A DNA stretch of 64,000 bases, taken from IMG/VR virus record IMGVR_UViG_3300023208_000399. One strand, 5' to 3'. Positions 1 to 9,710 of this stretch are shown here, in pieces. The stretch's first letter is position 1; the number at the start of each line of letters is the position of its first letter. Made by a program: the position numbers and the translations under genes. Below the pieces are notes generated by a model. The model saw only the letters and a program-made list of their open reading frames with translations, was not told the DNA's origin and did not search any database. The DNA comes from an uncultured virus (IMG/VR IMGVR_UViG_3300023208_000399) (taxonomy: Duplodnaviria; Heunggongvirae; Uroviricota; Caudoviricetes).

Positions 1-1197
1 GTGGCGCGGACCACGAGCAGATTGACCAGCAAGGGCGCTCTCGCCCTCAAGGAGCCAGGCCTCTACGCCGATGGCGACGGCCTCTATCTGCGCATCGACC
101 AGACCGGCGCCCGCCGATGGGTCTGGATCTTCCATCTGCACAAGAAGCGGCGGGAGATGGGTTTGGGGAGCCTGGACCGCGTCGGCCTCGCTGATGCCCG
201 AAAGGCGGCTGAGGCCGCGCGGCGGATGCTGGCGGACGGGCTGGATCCGATTGAGCAACGGCGGCTGTCGCTCATTCCACCTGCCTCTCGCACTTTCTCT
301 GCGGTCGCCAACGACCTGATGGATTCGCTCGAGCCCAGCTGGCGATCCCCCAAGCAGAGAGGCCAGTGGGAGGCGTCCCTGACCCAGCACGCGCCCAGGA
401 TTTGGAAAGCGGACGTGTCGTCGGTCGACACGGAAATGGTTCTCGAGGCGCTGAAGCCGATCTGGTCATCCAAGGCTGAGACGGCGACGAGGGTCCGGTC
501 TCGGATAGAGCGGGTGCTTGACGCGGCCAAGGTCCGCGGATTGCGCGAAGGTGAGAACCCGGCCCGATGGAAAGGGCATCTGTCTGCTCTTCTGCCCCGC
601 GCCGAGCGGAACAAGGATCACTTCGCGGCCATGCACTATACCGACGTGCCGGCCCTCGTCTCTTTGCTGGCCACCCGGTCGAGCGGGTCGGCCCGGGCCC
701 TGCGTTTTCTGATCCTGACAGCCAAGCGATCCGGCGAGGTGAGGGGGGCGGATTGGAGCGAGATCAGGGGTGATCTCTGGGTTATCCCCGCAGAGCGCAT
801 GAAGGGGGGCAGGGACCATTACGAACCGCTCTCTGGCGCCGCGCTCGCGCTGCTGAACGAGACCCCAGCGAGCGTGCGGTCTGGACTGATCTTTCCTGGC
901 TGGAACGGGCCCATGAGCGACATGACCCTGTCGAAGGTGCTGAAAGCCAACAAGATCGAGGGTGCCACAGTTCACGGGTTCCGGTCCTCCTTCCGAGATT
1001 GGGCGGGCGACTGCACGAGTTTCGCGCGGGAGACGATGGAAGAGGCGCTCGCCCATCTCGTCGGCGACAAGGCGGAGCAGGCCTATCGACGGAGCAGTGC
1101 CCTAGCCAAGCGTCGGATGCTCATGGAAGCATGGGCCGATCATTGCACCGGCGTCACGCCAGCCACGAACGTTCACCCCCTCAGAGCCCGCTCATGA
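1..1197 (+). CDS. int: Tyrosine integrase, P4-like (N-terminal arm-binding domain)
   Basis: N-terminal DGDGLYLR...GLG motif; catalytic R (KRSGE), HGFRSSFRDW, LAH, AYRR. Confidence 0.95.
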   Translation: MARTTSRLTSKGALALKEPGLYADGDGLYLRIDQTGARRWVWIFHLHKKRREMGLGSLDRVGLADARKAAEAARRMLADGLDPIEQRRLSLIPPASRTFSAVANDLMDSLEPSWRSPKQRGQWEASLTQHAPRIWKADVSSVDTEMVLEALKPIWSSKAETATRVRSRIERVLDAAKVRGLREGENPARWKGHLSALLPRAERNKDHFAAMHYTDVPALVSLLATRSSGSARALRFLILTAKRSGEVRGADWSEIRGDLWVIPAERMKGGRDHYEPLSGAALALLNETPASVRSGLIFPGWNGPMSDMTLSKVLKANKIEGATVHGFRSSFRDWAGDCTSFARETMEEALAHLVGDKAEQAYRRSSALAKRRMLMEAWADHCTGVTPATNVHPLRARS

Positions 1198-1391
1198 CCG
1201 ATCCCCTGCCGCTCTCTGAGCGCCTTCGGCTGATCGCCGAACTGGACACGCGCACCGGCTGCCCGCCGCCGCATCCGGATTTGCCGCCGACGCCGGCGCC
1301 GGGATCGAACGTGGTCTATCTGCACCCGGCCGAGAACGCCCGCCTGATCGCCGACGCCGCCAGGCTGGGTCTGCTGTCGCCGGCGACGTGA
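1194..1391 (+). CDS. Hypothetical protein (65 aa)
   Basis: ATGA overlap with the integrase stop; GTGA overlap with the next ORF. Confidence 0.55.
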   Translation: MTDPLPLSERLRLIAELDTRTGCPPPHPDLPPTPAPGSNVVYLHPAENARLIADAARLGLLSPAT

Positions 1392-1726
1392 TCCCGCGAT
1401 GCACCGTCGGCGAGCTGATCGATGAGGGAATCCGGACCACGCGCCACTGTGAGTGCTGCGGCGACTTCGCCGACGTCGATCTGCAGCGCATCGCCGCCGT
1501 CAAAGGCCGCGACTTCTCCCTGGTCGATCGCCTGCCGTTCTGCACCAACGGCGACTGTCTGGGCATGATCCGGTTTCAGATCCACCGGGGCCTTCGCGCC
1601 CAATGGCTGCTGACCCCGGCCGGGGTCGCGCGGTTTCAGGCGCACAGCGACTGGCTGTTCACCTATCGACAGGTCCAAAGCCGCCGCGCGGCCCAGAGAG
1701 CGGCGCGACGGACTCCACAAACCTGA
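1388..1726 (+). CDS. Hypothetical protein, putative Zn-binding (CxxC...CxxxxC)
   Basis: Coupled ORF; HCECC and FCTNGDC motifs. Confidence 0.65.
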   Translation: MIPRCTVGELIDEGIRTTRHCECCGDFADVDLQRIAAVKGRDFSLVDRLPFCTNGDCLGMIRFQIHRGLRAQWLLTPAGVARFQAHSDWLFTYRQVQSRRAAQRAARRTPQT

Positions 1727-1748
1727 CGCGCCGTGTCAGCGTTCGCCC

Positions 1749-1943
1749 ATGTGCAACCTCTATCGCCAGCGCACCGGCCCCCAGGCCATCATGGACATGG
1801 CGAAAGCCATGACGTCCTCGGTCGGCAACCTGGCGCGGGACGCCAAGGCCGATCCCGACTTTCCGGACGGGACGCAGGGCGACTGCCTCGACTATCTTTC
1901 CCAGCCCCGCTTCAGCGCGGGGCGCCTGGGCAAGCGATGGTAG
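1749..1943 (+). pseudogene. Truncated SRAP (SOS response-associated peptidase) fused to an unrelated fragment
   Basis: MCNLY N-terminus typical of alphaproteobacterial SRAP, but only 64 aa. Confidence 0.6.
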
Positions 1944-2249
1944 CCTGTATGGCCTAGCTACTAGGCTCCACTTCAGTTGCGAGGCCGGGCGCTACTCCGG
2001 CTGGCTGAGAGGGCAATGGAGCCTCAGCCTACCCCTCCCGCCCGGTTGCATGCCCACAGAGCCGGAAAATGGGAGCGCAATGTAGCGTGTCTGCTCTCCA
2101 CGCCGCTCGCAGACGAATCATGAGTCAGTGACCGGCGATCCGCAAGGCTGAAACGTCGGCGCCGAAAATGCAGGATTCTCCCGCAATTACGTCTCAAGGC
2201 CCCGCCTTTGTTGGTTTCTGGGTCGGCGCCGAACATGATAGATTCCTGT

Positions 2250-2552
2250 ATGGCTGAGATCATCCCGTTCCCCGCATCGAAACCTATTGAGGCTGCCATT
2301 CAGTACGTCAGCCTGGAGGAGATGTTCTCCGTGCTGACGAAGCGGAAAACGCTCGCTCAAATCGGCGCAGAGCGCATTCACGCCGCAGTGCTTGATTGCC
2401 TCCGCCAGTTCGACGTTCCGAAGCTACGGCACTTCTGGGACAACGTGAGCGACATCGATAGTTACTACAATGGCCCCGAAGGTAGCTTCGACTGCGCTGA
2501 CATCCACCGCATTCTCAATGAGAAGGGTGACGGCCACTACTGCGCCGTCTAA
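2250..2552 (+). CDS. Hypothetical protein (moron-like, ~100 aa)
   Basis: ORF opposite to the late operon, lower GC, ends at a terminator hairpin. Confidence 0.6.
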   Translation: MAEIIPFPASKPIEAAIQYVSLEEMFSVLTKRKTLAQIGAERIHAAVLDCLRQFDVPKLRHFWDNVSDIDSYYNGPEGSFDCADIHRILNEKGDGHYCAV

Positions 2553-2555
2553 ACG

Positions 2556-2589
2556 CAAGAAAGGCCGCCCCGGTCTCCCGGAGCGGCCT
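2556..2589 (-). terminator. Intrinsic terminator at the end of the late operon
   Basis: AGGCCGCTCCGG-GAGA-CCGGGGCGGCCT followed by TTCTTG on the minus strand. Confidence 0.65.
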
Positions 2590-2663
2590 CGATAGCGGAG
2601 CCGAAGCTCGACGCGCGGTCCGAAGGTTTGAACTCTAAACCCCCGGAGTAGGTCCGAAGGTTT

Positions 2664-2981
2664 CTAGCCCGGCTTCGGCGGAATCTGCGGTGGCGGCTCA
2701 CAGCCTTCCGCCGCGACAGCCGCCCGCGCCCAGCCCTCACGCCCCCAGGCCCGCGCCTCGGCGTCGCTGGTCAGGTGATCGCGGGTGGCGTCCGCCTCGG
2801 CGGCCGTCACCGGCTGGACGATCGAACCTTCCACCGGCGGCTCCGCCTTCAGGGGGGCGCACAGGCGCGGGTCCATCGCCTTCGCCGCCGGCGGAACGAT
2901 CGGCTCAGTCGGCAGGCTGGAGCGCCCGCCGCAGCTCGCCAGGATCAACGAGGCTGCGCACAGGACAACGGGTCTCATCAT
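2664..2981 (-). CDS. o-spanin (Rz1-like lipoprotein)
   Basis: Signal peptide with lipobox LASC, Pro-rich; overlaps the 3' end of the i-spanin. Confidence 0.75.
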   Translation of the reverse strand: MMRPVVLCAASLILASCGGRSSLPTEPIVPPAAKAMDPRLCAPLKAEPPVEGSIVQPVTAAEADATRDHLTSDAEARAWGREGWARAAVAAEGCEPPPQIPPKPG

Positions 2982-3315
2982 AGGTCGGCTCCTTGGTGAC
3001 GATGCGTTCGATGACGCGGGCGGATCGGCGGGCCTGGGCCACGCGGGCGTCGCATTGCGCGACCAGCTGTTCGGTCGCCATGCGGCTGTCGGCCCGCTCA
3101 TCCCGGCGGATGGCCTCGGCGGCGTGGAAGCTGGCCATCCAGCCGCGCGCGTGGGCCTCCCACGCCTTGGCGGCGGCGGCCTTGGCGTCGCGGTCGGCCT
3201 CCAGGCGGGCGTAGCGGGCGGCCGGGCCGATGAGCGGCGTCCAGGTCCACAGCAGGGCGCCCACCACGGCGGCGAGCGCCCAGGGGGCGACGGCGGTGAG
3301 AGCCGCGCGGATCAT
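2905..3315 (-). CDS. i-spanin (Rz-like)
   Basis: N-terminal TM segment, Ala-rich coiled coil, C-terminal Cys; follows the endolysin. Confidence 0.75.
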   Translation of the reverse strand: MIRAALTAVAPWALAAVVGALLWTWTPLIGPAARYARLEADRDAKAAAAKAWEAHARGWMASFHAAEAIRRDERADSRMATEQLVAQCDARVAQARRSARVIERIVTKEPTYDETRCPVRSLVDPGELRRALQPAD

Positions 3316-3791
3316 CGGACCAACTCGAAGTGCGGACCATCGGTCTCGCCCTTCTCTCCGATCACGCCGTCCTCATCCCAATCGCGGCCCCAGCGGACGC
3401 GGACCTTCTCGATCCGAGCGGCCTCCATGAAGGCGTCGTACATCAGCCGCCATCCCGGCCCCTCTTTCCAGTCATAGGGAGCGATCAGACAGTCCACGGC
3501 ATGGCCGTAACCGTCCTTCTGGACGGCATGTTTGGAGCTGAACGGGTCGGCCAGCCACGTCACCTTTGCGACCGACGGCCGGGCGTACTTGGCCGGGATG
3601 CCCTTCGCCGCCAGCTGGGCGGCCGTGCGGCCCTTGCCGTAGTTCTCCATCATCCGCTCTCGAGATCGGACGCCCTCGATCACCTTGAAGTCGATCTTCG
3701 AGATCGAGATGGCGCGCTCCACGACCCGCACCAGGTCGGGGTGGACCCCCTTCAGATTGGCGCGCGAGGCCGCGCCCAGCACATACGGCAT
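3312..3791 (-). CDS. Endolysin, M15-family (L-Ala-D-Glu type) peptidase
   Basis: LKGVHPDLV, SKH...GHAVD, WGRDW, DGPHFEL motifs. Confidence 0.9.
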   Translation of the reverse strand: MPYVLGAASRANLKGVHPDLVRVVERAISISKIDFKVIEGVRSRERMMENYGKGRTAAQLAAKGIPAKYARPSVAKVTWLADPFSSKHAVQKDGYGHAVDCLIAPYDWKEGPGWRLMYDAFMEAARIEKVRVRWGRDWDEDGVIGEKGETDGPHFELVR

Positions 3792-3850
3792 GGTCAGTCT
3801 CCAGATTGTAGGGATTGATGCGAACGGCGTTCGCGTGTCAGCCTGTCGGC

Positions 3851-3946
3851 ATGAACCGGCGCGACAGGACGGATTGGGTGCTTTGCATCGGCTTGGTGGT
3901 CGTTCTTCTGACCGGCGCCGCCTTGACCGTTGCGAGCTGGTTCTAG
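3851..3946 (+). CDS. Small single-TM peptide (31 aa), antisense to the lysis cassette
   Basis: MNRRDRTDWVLCIGLVVVLLTGAALTVASWF; fills the intergenic gap and is flanked by a 10-bp inverted repeat. Confidence 0.55.
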   Translation: MNRRDRTDWVLCIGLVVVLLTGAALTVASWF

Positions 3947-3968
3947 CGCCGTTCGCGAACCGGGTTCG

Positions 3969-4346
3969 TCAGTCGCCCGTCTCGACCGTCAGCCCGGCCG
4001 GACCGGCCTTGGCCTCGACCCGCTTCAGCCCGCCGGACGCCAAGCGAAACACCACCACGCCCAGGATGGCGACCAGAGCCCCGGCGATCCAGGCCAGGGC
4101 CTGAACCCGGACGGCGGCGACCTCATCGGGCCATTCGGGCAGGCCCAGCCAACGCCAGGCCGGGGCCGACGCCAGGGCCGCCACGATCGACATGATCATG
4201 ACCGACAGGGCCGGCCCGGCCCAGGCCAGCATCTTGACCGCCGCTTCCAGCGGCCGGGCGACGACCGAGGCGGCCTCGGGCGTGTCGGCCCCCTTGGTCG
4301 CGGCGGCGACGGCCTCCATGGCCTTGGCGGCTTCCGGGTCGGTCAT
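3969..4346 (-). CDS. Putative holin (2 TM)
   Basis: Two hydrophobic segments; upstream of the endolysin. Confidence 0.55.
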   Translation of the reverse strand: MTDPEAAKAMEAVAAATKGADTPEAASVVARPLEAAVKMLAWAGPALSVMIMSIVAALASAPAWRWLGLPEWPDEVAAVRVQALAWIAGALVAILGVVVFRLASGGLKRVEAKAGPAGLTVETGD

Positions 4347-4732
4347 GGCTTTCTCCTGCGGCGGGGCGGGACGACGGAGGCGGTCCCGGCGGCTGGGTCT
4401 ATGGCGGTGAAGGCGCCCGGCTGCGTCGCGTCCGACAGGTCGTAGCCGTTCTTGCGGAGAATGCTCTCCAGGCTCAGGGACCGTTGCTGCTCCTGGCGCA
4501 GTTCGCCCTCCAGCCGCTGGATCTCCTGGCGCAGGCCGTCCACCTCTTCGCGCAGGCCCGCGACGGTGTTCTCCGCCGCCTTGTTCAGCGCCTCCTGAAG
4601 CTGGGCCGCCGCGCCCAGGATGGCGGCCTGGCCCGGCCGGCGACCGTTCAGCCAGGCCCAGAAGCCGGTGATCCCGGCGCCGCCGCCGGCCGCGACCAAC
4701 AGTTCCACGATATCGCGGGCGCGTTCGGGCAT
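4343..4732 (-). CDS. Membrane-anchored coiled-coil protein (holin/antiholin-like)
   Basis: N-terminal hydrophobic/Gly segment plus coiled coil; lysis region. Confidence 0.55.
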   Translation of the reverse strand: MPERARDIVELLVAAGGGAGITGFWAWLNGRRPGQAAILGAAAQLQEALNKAAENTVAGLREEVDGLRQEIQRLEGELRQEQQRSLSLESILRKNGYDLSDATQPGAFTAIDPAAGTASVVPPRRRRKP

Positions 4733-4746
4733 CTTGCCTCCAGGGT

Positions 4747-5136
4747 TCAATATCGGCTGAAGTTCAGGGCCACGGCGAAGAGGCAGATCAGCCGCCAGCC
4801 CAGTGGGACCCGATCGACGCCCAAGGCTTCGAAGAAGACGTAATCGCCCAGCAGTTTCGGCCATCGCCGGTCGGTCCGCATCCGATCATGGACGACGGCG
4901 GATCTGGCGATCTGATCCGACAGCCTCATCCCGGCCGCCGTGCGCGCGAACCAGACGGGCAGGCTGGCCAGGTCCGTACAGAACCCCTCCGGGGCGGTGA
5001 TCGTCCATCCCGATCCCAGGAAGCCGATTTCATAAGCCAGCGGCGAGGTGAGGAAGTAGACCGGGCGGGCGTTCTTGATCTCGCCGGTTCGCTCCCAGGT
5101 CGCCTCGGTGAAGCGGCTCACGACGGTTCTGGCCAT
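4747..5136 (-). CDS. DUF1353 family protein
   Basis: GFCTDLASLP and AVVHD motifs. Confidence 0.8.
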   Translation of the reverse strand: MARTVVSRFTEATWERTGEIKNARPVYFLTSPLAYEIGFLGSGWTITAPEGFCTDLASLPVWFARTAAGMRLSDQIARSAVVHDRMRTDRRWPKLLGDYVFFEALGVDRVPLGWRLICLFAVALNFSRY

Positions 5137-5741
5137 CCCGCCAGGATGTCGACTGATGCCGGGTCTTCCGCCGCTCGGATGGCGCTCTTCAGTGCGCCGC
5201 CGTGGAACAGCAACGCCGCGCCATATGCCGTCATGGTCGCCAATACCTGCAACACCTGCGCCGCATTCGTCTGGATATTCCAGTTGTCCTCAGCCCTAAT
5301 GGGCAGGATTGTTTCAGGCGCGCCGCCGACCACTGCCGTCAACGCCGCGCCTTGCAAGGTTTGCCAGTTTGAACGGTCCAGGGGGCTCATCTGGAGACGG
5401 CGCTCGCCGGCTTGGATCTCGCCTCCGCTGTCATCGACCGCTTGCGTCTCTCCGAAGTCATAGGTGAAGTCCAAGGCGAGACGGCGATCACGCTCGGCAT
5501 CAACGGCCGTGCACAGGCGCGCCACCACCTCTTCCGGCGCCTGGGGTTCCGGCGGCGTCAGAGTGGACGCCATGGTGCCGGAGAAGCGCAGCGCCCGGTC
5601 GATGTGCGACGGCAGGCCCTCGGGATAGAGCGCCGCGTTGGTCTTGGCGGAGCCCAGGATGGCGGCGATGTCGGCGAAACGGCTTCGCACGGCCGATTCA
5701 GTCGCTGCCCGCGTGGGGTAGGTCGTCGAGGTTTCGGTCAT
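5118..5741 (-). CDS. DUF4376-like tail-associated protein (fibre assembly chaperone-like)
   Basis: VDAERDRR...LKSAIRAA...GWP C-terminal pattern; follows the tail tip gene. Confidence 0.65.
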   Translation of the reverse strand: MTETSTTYPTRAATESAVRSRFADIAAILGSAKTNAALYPEGLPSHIDRALRFSGTMASTLTPPEPQAPEEVVARLCTAVDAERDRRLALDFTYDFGETQAVDDSGGEIQAGERRLQMSPLDRSNWQTLQGAALTAVVGGAPETILPIRAEDNWNIQTNAAQVLQVLATMTAYGAALLFHGGALKSAIRAAEDPASVDILAGWPEPS

Positions 5742-5761
5742 ATACCGCTCCTTTGTCTGGA

Positions 5762-8700
5762 TCAGGAATAGTAGGTGGCCTTCAGCGTGCCCCTGACGGA
5801 GCCGACCTGCTCGGTGCTGGGGCCGTTGCCGTTCGCCTTCAGCACGAAGGACACCGGGCCGGCGAAGCCGTGAGCGACTTCGAGGTTCAAGGCGCTGAGA
5901 TCGCACGCCTGCTCACCGTCCGCGGCCGTGACCGAGACTGACCCAATCTGGGTCTCGGTCCCGTTCTTCGAGATGTAGAGCCTCAGCAAACCGCTTGCCT
6001 CGCCGGGGCTGGACGTGAACCCATTGGTGACCTCGACAATGAACTGCCCGGTCGAGGGGACCGTTATGGCCGCCGTGGCGCCCGCCGTATTGAGCGCAGT
6101 CGAGCGACCAATATTTCCCGAAAAACTGGTGATCTTGGATTGGTTGGGCGACGAACTCGCCAGGACATTGTCGAACACATATGGCGTGGTCGTCATGCGT
6201 CCGTTCAGGCCGTTCGCCGTGGTCATGGAGCCGATCGCGATGCTGGATGGTCCCCACCATTCCAGCAAGTTCTCGCTCGCGCCGAATGGAGCGCCGAAGG
6301 CGAGTACGCGGATGTTGGGACCAACAGTCGTCTGAAGCGTGTCGGTCGCGTCGTCGAAGACGGTGTTGTCGCCCCAGAAGATGAACGGCGCATCTAAGGC
6401 GACAAAGCTGCCCAACGAGGACGAAGTGAGGCCTATCCGCGCGGGCTTTCCGCCCGATGCATTGGCGACGACCTCCCAGCGGGCCAAGGCCTGCTGGGTC
6501 TCCAGATCAATGAAGGCGAGGGAGTGCTCTGTGACCGAGGCGGCAAGCGCGGTCTGCGCAGCTTCCGCCGAATAAGTGGTTGCTGGCAGGCTGCCGAACT
6601 CAAGCTTGCCTTGACGCACTGACCAATAGTTTATCGTGCTTACCGGGTCCGCAACCACGCCCTTGATGACAATACGGTCACAGTTTGAGGGTGTTTCGAA
6701 TGAGATCGCATACGCCTGCCGGCGTGCATCGCTTGCATCGAAATCATGCGTGCCGATCAGTTTGCCCTGCACGGTCAGAGCGATTGCGCCGAGCGGCGTG
6801 GCTCCATTGAAGCCGTCCACAGCGAAGAACGATTGAACCGGCTCTGCGCCATCCGCCATGAATAGCGCCATGTCGCCAGAGAAGGTGTAGGCTCTGCCCG
6901 GCAAGACAGATACCGAAGGCCACGCCATCACCTGCGTGCCAGGGCCTCCGGGAATGAACCGCACGCTGCGGCCCCAGACATCGTCTACGACGACCGAGGA
7001 GCCACCCCAACCGATGCCGGCAGTTCCGTTCTCAAATCCACCGTTGATCTGGATGTTGGGGCGCGCCGCCAACTTCGCCGTCACCTGCTGGATCGCCTGA
7101 GCCCGAGCGCCCGTCTCGGTCGCTAGGGCGTTCTCCAGATCAATGATGTCGGCTTCGGTGTTCTCCGTGCGCGCCGTGAGATTTGTTATCGACGTCCCAA
7201 GGGCAGTATCGCCGTCGATGCGGAGCTGGTTGAGTTGGGACAGACGTGCCGAGAGGTTGCCCTGATCACCACGCGCCGCCGCGATCTCGGCCCCTTGGGC
7301 GTCGATGTCCGTGCGCGCCTGACTGACGAGGGCGGACACGTCGAAAATGTCGCCGAAGGCCGCAGTGATGTCGGCGTTAATCGCTTGGATGGTCGGAGCG
7401 TTAGGTGACGGGTCCAGAAGCGGCGCCGTGTAGGGACCGTAGACGTAGCGCTCCGAGTAATTCTGGTTCCGCTGGTACTGGATGGCGACATAGTAGGTCG
7501 CGCCGGGCTGGAGCCCTTCGATCGGTATGTTCGTGACCGTGGGCGGGCCTTGATAGGCTTGAGTCCATGGGCCGGTCGCAGTGGAGCCATACTCGACGAT
7601 GATGGCCGTCGCGGTGTCGTTTGAGACAACGCCGGTAAGGTCGAAGCTGGGGAGGCCGCCACCGCCCGGCGCCGGCGGGCGCGGGGTGATGGTCCAGTCG
7701 CCGGCCTCAGGTGGGCTGACGTAGCGTGGATCGACCGGCGTCAAAACCTGCGGCGTCGGCGGCGTTGGATCCTGACCCAGGGCGAACGGATACTTCCCAT
7801 CCGTCTCGCTGACGAACGACACCCGCACCACGCCCGTCGCCGGATCATAGTCGGTATTCAGGCACAGGCATTTCAGCCCGTTCAGGACAAAGCCCGGTTC
7901 CGTGATGGTGAAGGCGTCGCCCGGCCGGATGCGTTGCAGGTGCGGCTTCAGCGGGATCACGCCCGCGATGCCCTCGCGCGTATTGGCGATCTGGAGCGCC
8001 GCCAGCTGGGCGGCCTGGACCGCGTTCGAGACATAGGGGTAGTCGATCCCCCGCGACCGAACCGCGCCGTCTTCCTCGCGATAGCTCTCTGCCGTGACCT
8101 CGCCGTCCAGCGCGGTCATCTGCCAACGGTGCGCCGGGCTCCAGAAGCGGGGCCGCAGGGTGTTGATGCGGTCGATCCGGCTGGCGGCGGCGTCGATCTC
8201 CAGAGGCCCGGCCGTGTCGGCGGCCGAGATGGTGACGATGCTGGTCCGTGGCGCGGCGCGGCTGATGCAACTGATCTTGCCCGCGCGCTGCGAATAGATC
8301 GCTCCCCCGGCTTGGAGGAAGGACTGGAGCACCTGGTGCTTGTCGTCGTCCGTGTTCGGATAGGCCGATACGGTCCAGCCGTTGGCCTTAGCGACGTTCG
8401 ACGCGGCGACGAAGGCCGGAACGTCGATGCCCGACAGCTTCGCCCCAATGCCGCCGACCTGATAGTCCGTCGTGCTGCCGTGCGCCGGCGCCCCCTTCAG
8501 CGTCGGGCCTTCCCACAGGCCCAGCGCCCACTTCAGCGCCCACAGGATGGGGCAGGTCAGCGTGACCCAGGTGCTGGAGTCGTGCAGGCGACAAGGGCCG
8601 GACCCGCCCGGATAGGTGCTGTCCAGGGTCGGGTCCCAGCCCTTCAGCCCCATCATCTGGACCAGCGGCTTGATCTCGCCGGTCGGAAACGCCGAACCCT

Positions 8701-9274
8701 TCGAGTTCTCCGCCATGAAGATGACGCCGGCCGCCTTGCCGGACAGCTTGTGCGCCGAGGTCCAGCCCGGCAGGGTCGCGCCGTTCTTGAAGCCGGAGGG
8801 CGTCGTCAGGGCGACCGGCGCGGGCTGATGCCCCAGGACGTAACGGAAGAACAACTCCTGCCGATAGGGCTCGGTCGTCGCGCCGCCGTTGGCGTCGAAC
8901 GACATGAAGTAGTCATCGGCCTTGAACGACTCGATGGCCGTGATCGGCCCCGCGCCCGACAGGACAAACACGATGCCGTAATACATCAGGTCCGGCCCGA
9001 AGGTGTCCCGATGGATGACCGACCCGGACACGCCGACCCGCCCGGCCGCGAACGGGATCGGCCCATCGGGGTCGATCACGAACTCGAACGTCCGGCCCGA
9101 CTGCCCCACCTGGGGCTGAAACACGGACAGGGCCGAGCTGATCGCCAGATTGGTCAGGGCGTTGAAGGCGACGGACTTCAACGTCGTCATCAGCGTGGCC
9201 TTGGCGGCCGTGGCGGCGGCCGCCGGTGCGGCGGCAGCGACAGCGCTGGCGGCGGCTGGCAGGAGATGCGGCAC
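5762..9274 (-). CDS. Tail tip / host-specificity protein (J-like hub, FN3 domain, coiled coil, putative carbohydrate-binding region)
   Basis: 1170 aa after the Dit/minor tail genes; GLQPGATYYV FN3 motif; NGGFE motif. Confidence 0.85.
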   Translation of the reverse strand: MPHLLPAAASAVAAAAPAAAATAAKATLMTTLKSVAFNALTNLAISSALSVFQPQVGQSGRTFEFVIDPDGPIPFAAGRVGVSGSVIHRDTFGPDLMYYGIVFVLSGAGPITAIESFKADDYFMSFDANGGATTEPYRQELFFRYVLGHQPAPVALTTPSGFKNGATLPGWTSAHKLSGKAAGVIFMAENSKGSAFPTGEIKPLVQMMGLKGWDPTLDSTYPGGSGPCRLHDSSTWVTLTCPILWALKWALGLWEGPTLKGAPAHGSTTDYQVGGIGAKLSGIDVPAFVAASNVAKANGWTVSAYPNTDDDKHQVLQSFLQAGGAIYSQRAGKISCISRAAPRTSIVTISAADTAGPLEIDAAASRIDRINTLRPRFWSPAHRWQMTALDGEVTAESYREEDGAVRSRGIDYPYVSNAVQAAQLAALQIANTREGIAGVIPLKPHLQRIRPGDAFTITEPGFVLNGLKCLCLNTDYDPATGVVRVSFVSETDGKYPFALGQDPTPPTPQVLTPVDPRYVSPPEAGDWTITPRPPAPGGGGLPSFDLTGVVSNDTATAIIVEYGSTATGPWTQAYQGPPTVTNIPIEGLQPGATYYVAIQYQRNQNYSERYVYGPYTAPLLDPSPNAPTIQAINADITAAFGDIFDVSALVSQARTDIDAQGAEIAAARGDQGNLSARLSQLNQLRIDGDTALGTSITNLTARTENTEADIIDLENALATETGARAQAIQQVTAKLAARPNIQINGGFENGTAGIGWGGSSVVVDDVWGRSVRFIPGGPGTQVMAWPSVSVLPGRAYTFSGDMALFMADGAEPVQSFFAVDGFNGATPLGAIALTVQGKLIGTHDFDASDARRQAYAISFETPSNCDRIVIKGVVADPVSTINYWSVRQGKLEFGSLPATTYSAEAAQTALAASVTEHSLAFIDLETQQALARWEVVANASGGKPARIGLTSSSLGSFVALDAPFIFWGDNTVFDDATDTLQTTVGPNIRVLAFGAPFGASENLLEWWGPSSIAIGSMTTANGLNGRMTTTPYVFDNVLASSSPNQSKITSFSGNIGRSTALNTAGATAAITVPSTGQFIVEVTNGFTSSPGEASGLLRLYISKNGTETQIGSVSVTAADGEQACDLSALNLEVAHGFAGPVSFVLKANGNGPSTEQVGSVRGTLKATYYS

Positions 9275-9700
9275 TCAGACCCTCCAGGCGCAGATGAAGA
9301 GGTGGGGGATCATCGGCTCGATCTGGTTGGTCGCTGGGTTCAGACCGAGTACACGGCCGTTATCCAGCGCGACTGTCAGAGAGCAGCCGAAACCGTTGGC
9401 GTCATCGGTCGGCATGGCGATGATGTCGCCGGGCAGGGCGGCTGCGGGCGGAATCCGCTCCAGACCCATCATGTCCATCAGTGTGACCAGATCGCCGGCG
9501 CCCATCTTCCTCAGGTAGCGCAGCGCGGCGGCCCAGCTTTTGTGGCGGGAGGCGGTCAGCAGCTTGGCGGATCGACCTTGTTTGTGCAGCGCGTGCGCCG
9601 CCAATTTTCCGCAGTCGCGCACGCCCGGCTCGACGGGCTTATAGGCGAACCGGTCCATACAAGCCTGCGTCGCCGCAGCCCGTTTCAGCATCGTGGTCAT
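9275..9700 (-). CDS. DUF6950 / NlpC-P60-like tail protein
   Basis: G.RDC motif, PGDI, C-terminal AWRV; position. Confidence 0.75.
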   Translation of the reverse strand: MTTMLKRAAATQACMDRFAYKPVEPGVRDCGKLAAHALHKQGRSAKLLTASRHKSWAAALRYLRKMGAGDLVTLMDMMGLERIPPAAALPGDIIAMPTDDANGFGCSLTVALDNGRVLGLNPATNQIEPMIPHLFICAWRV

Positions 9701-9710
9701 GGATCAGTCC

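Noticed and set aside
1735..1760. LexA box upstream of the SRAP remnant
   Set aside because: Does not fit GTTC-N7-GTTC spacing
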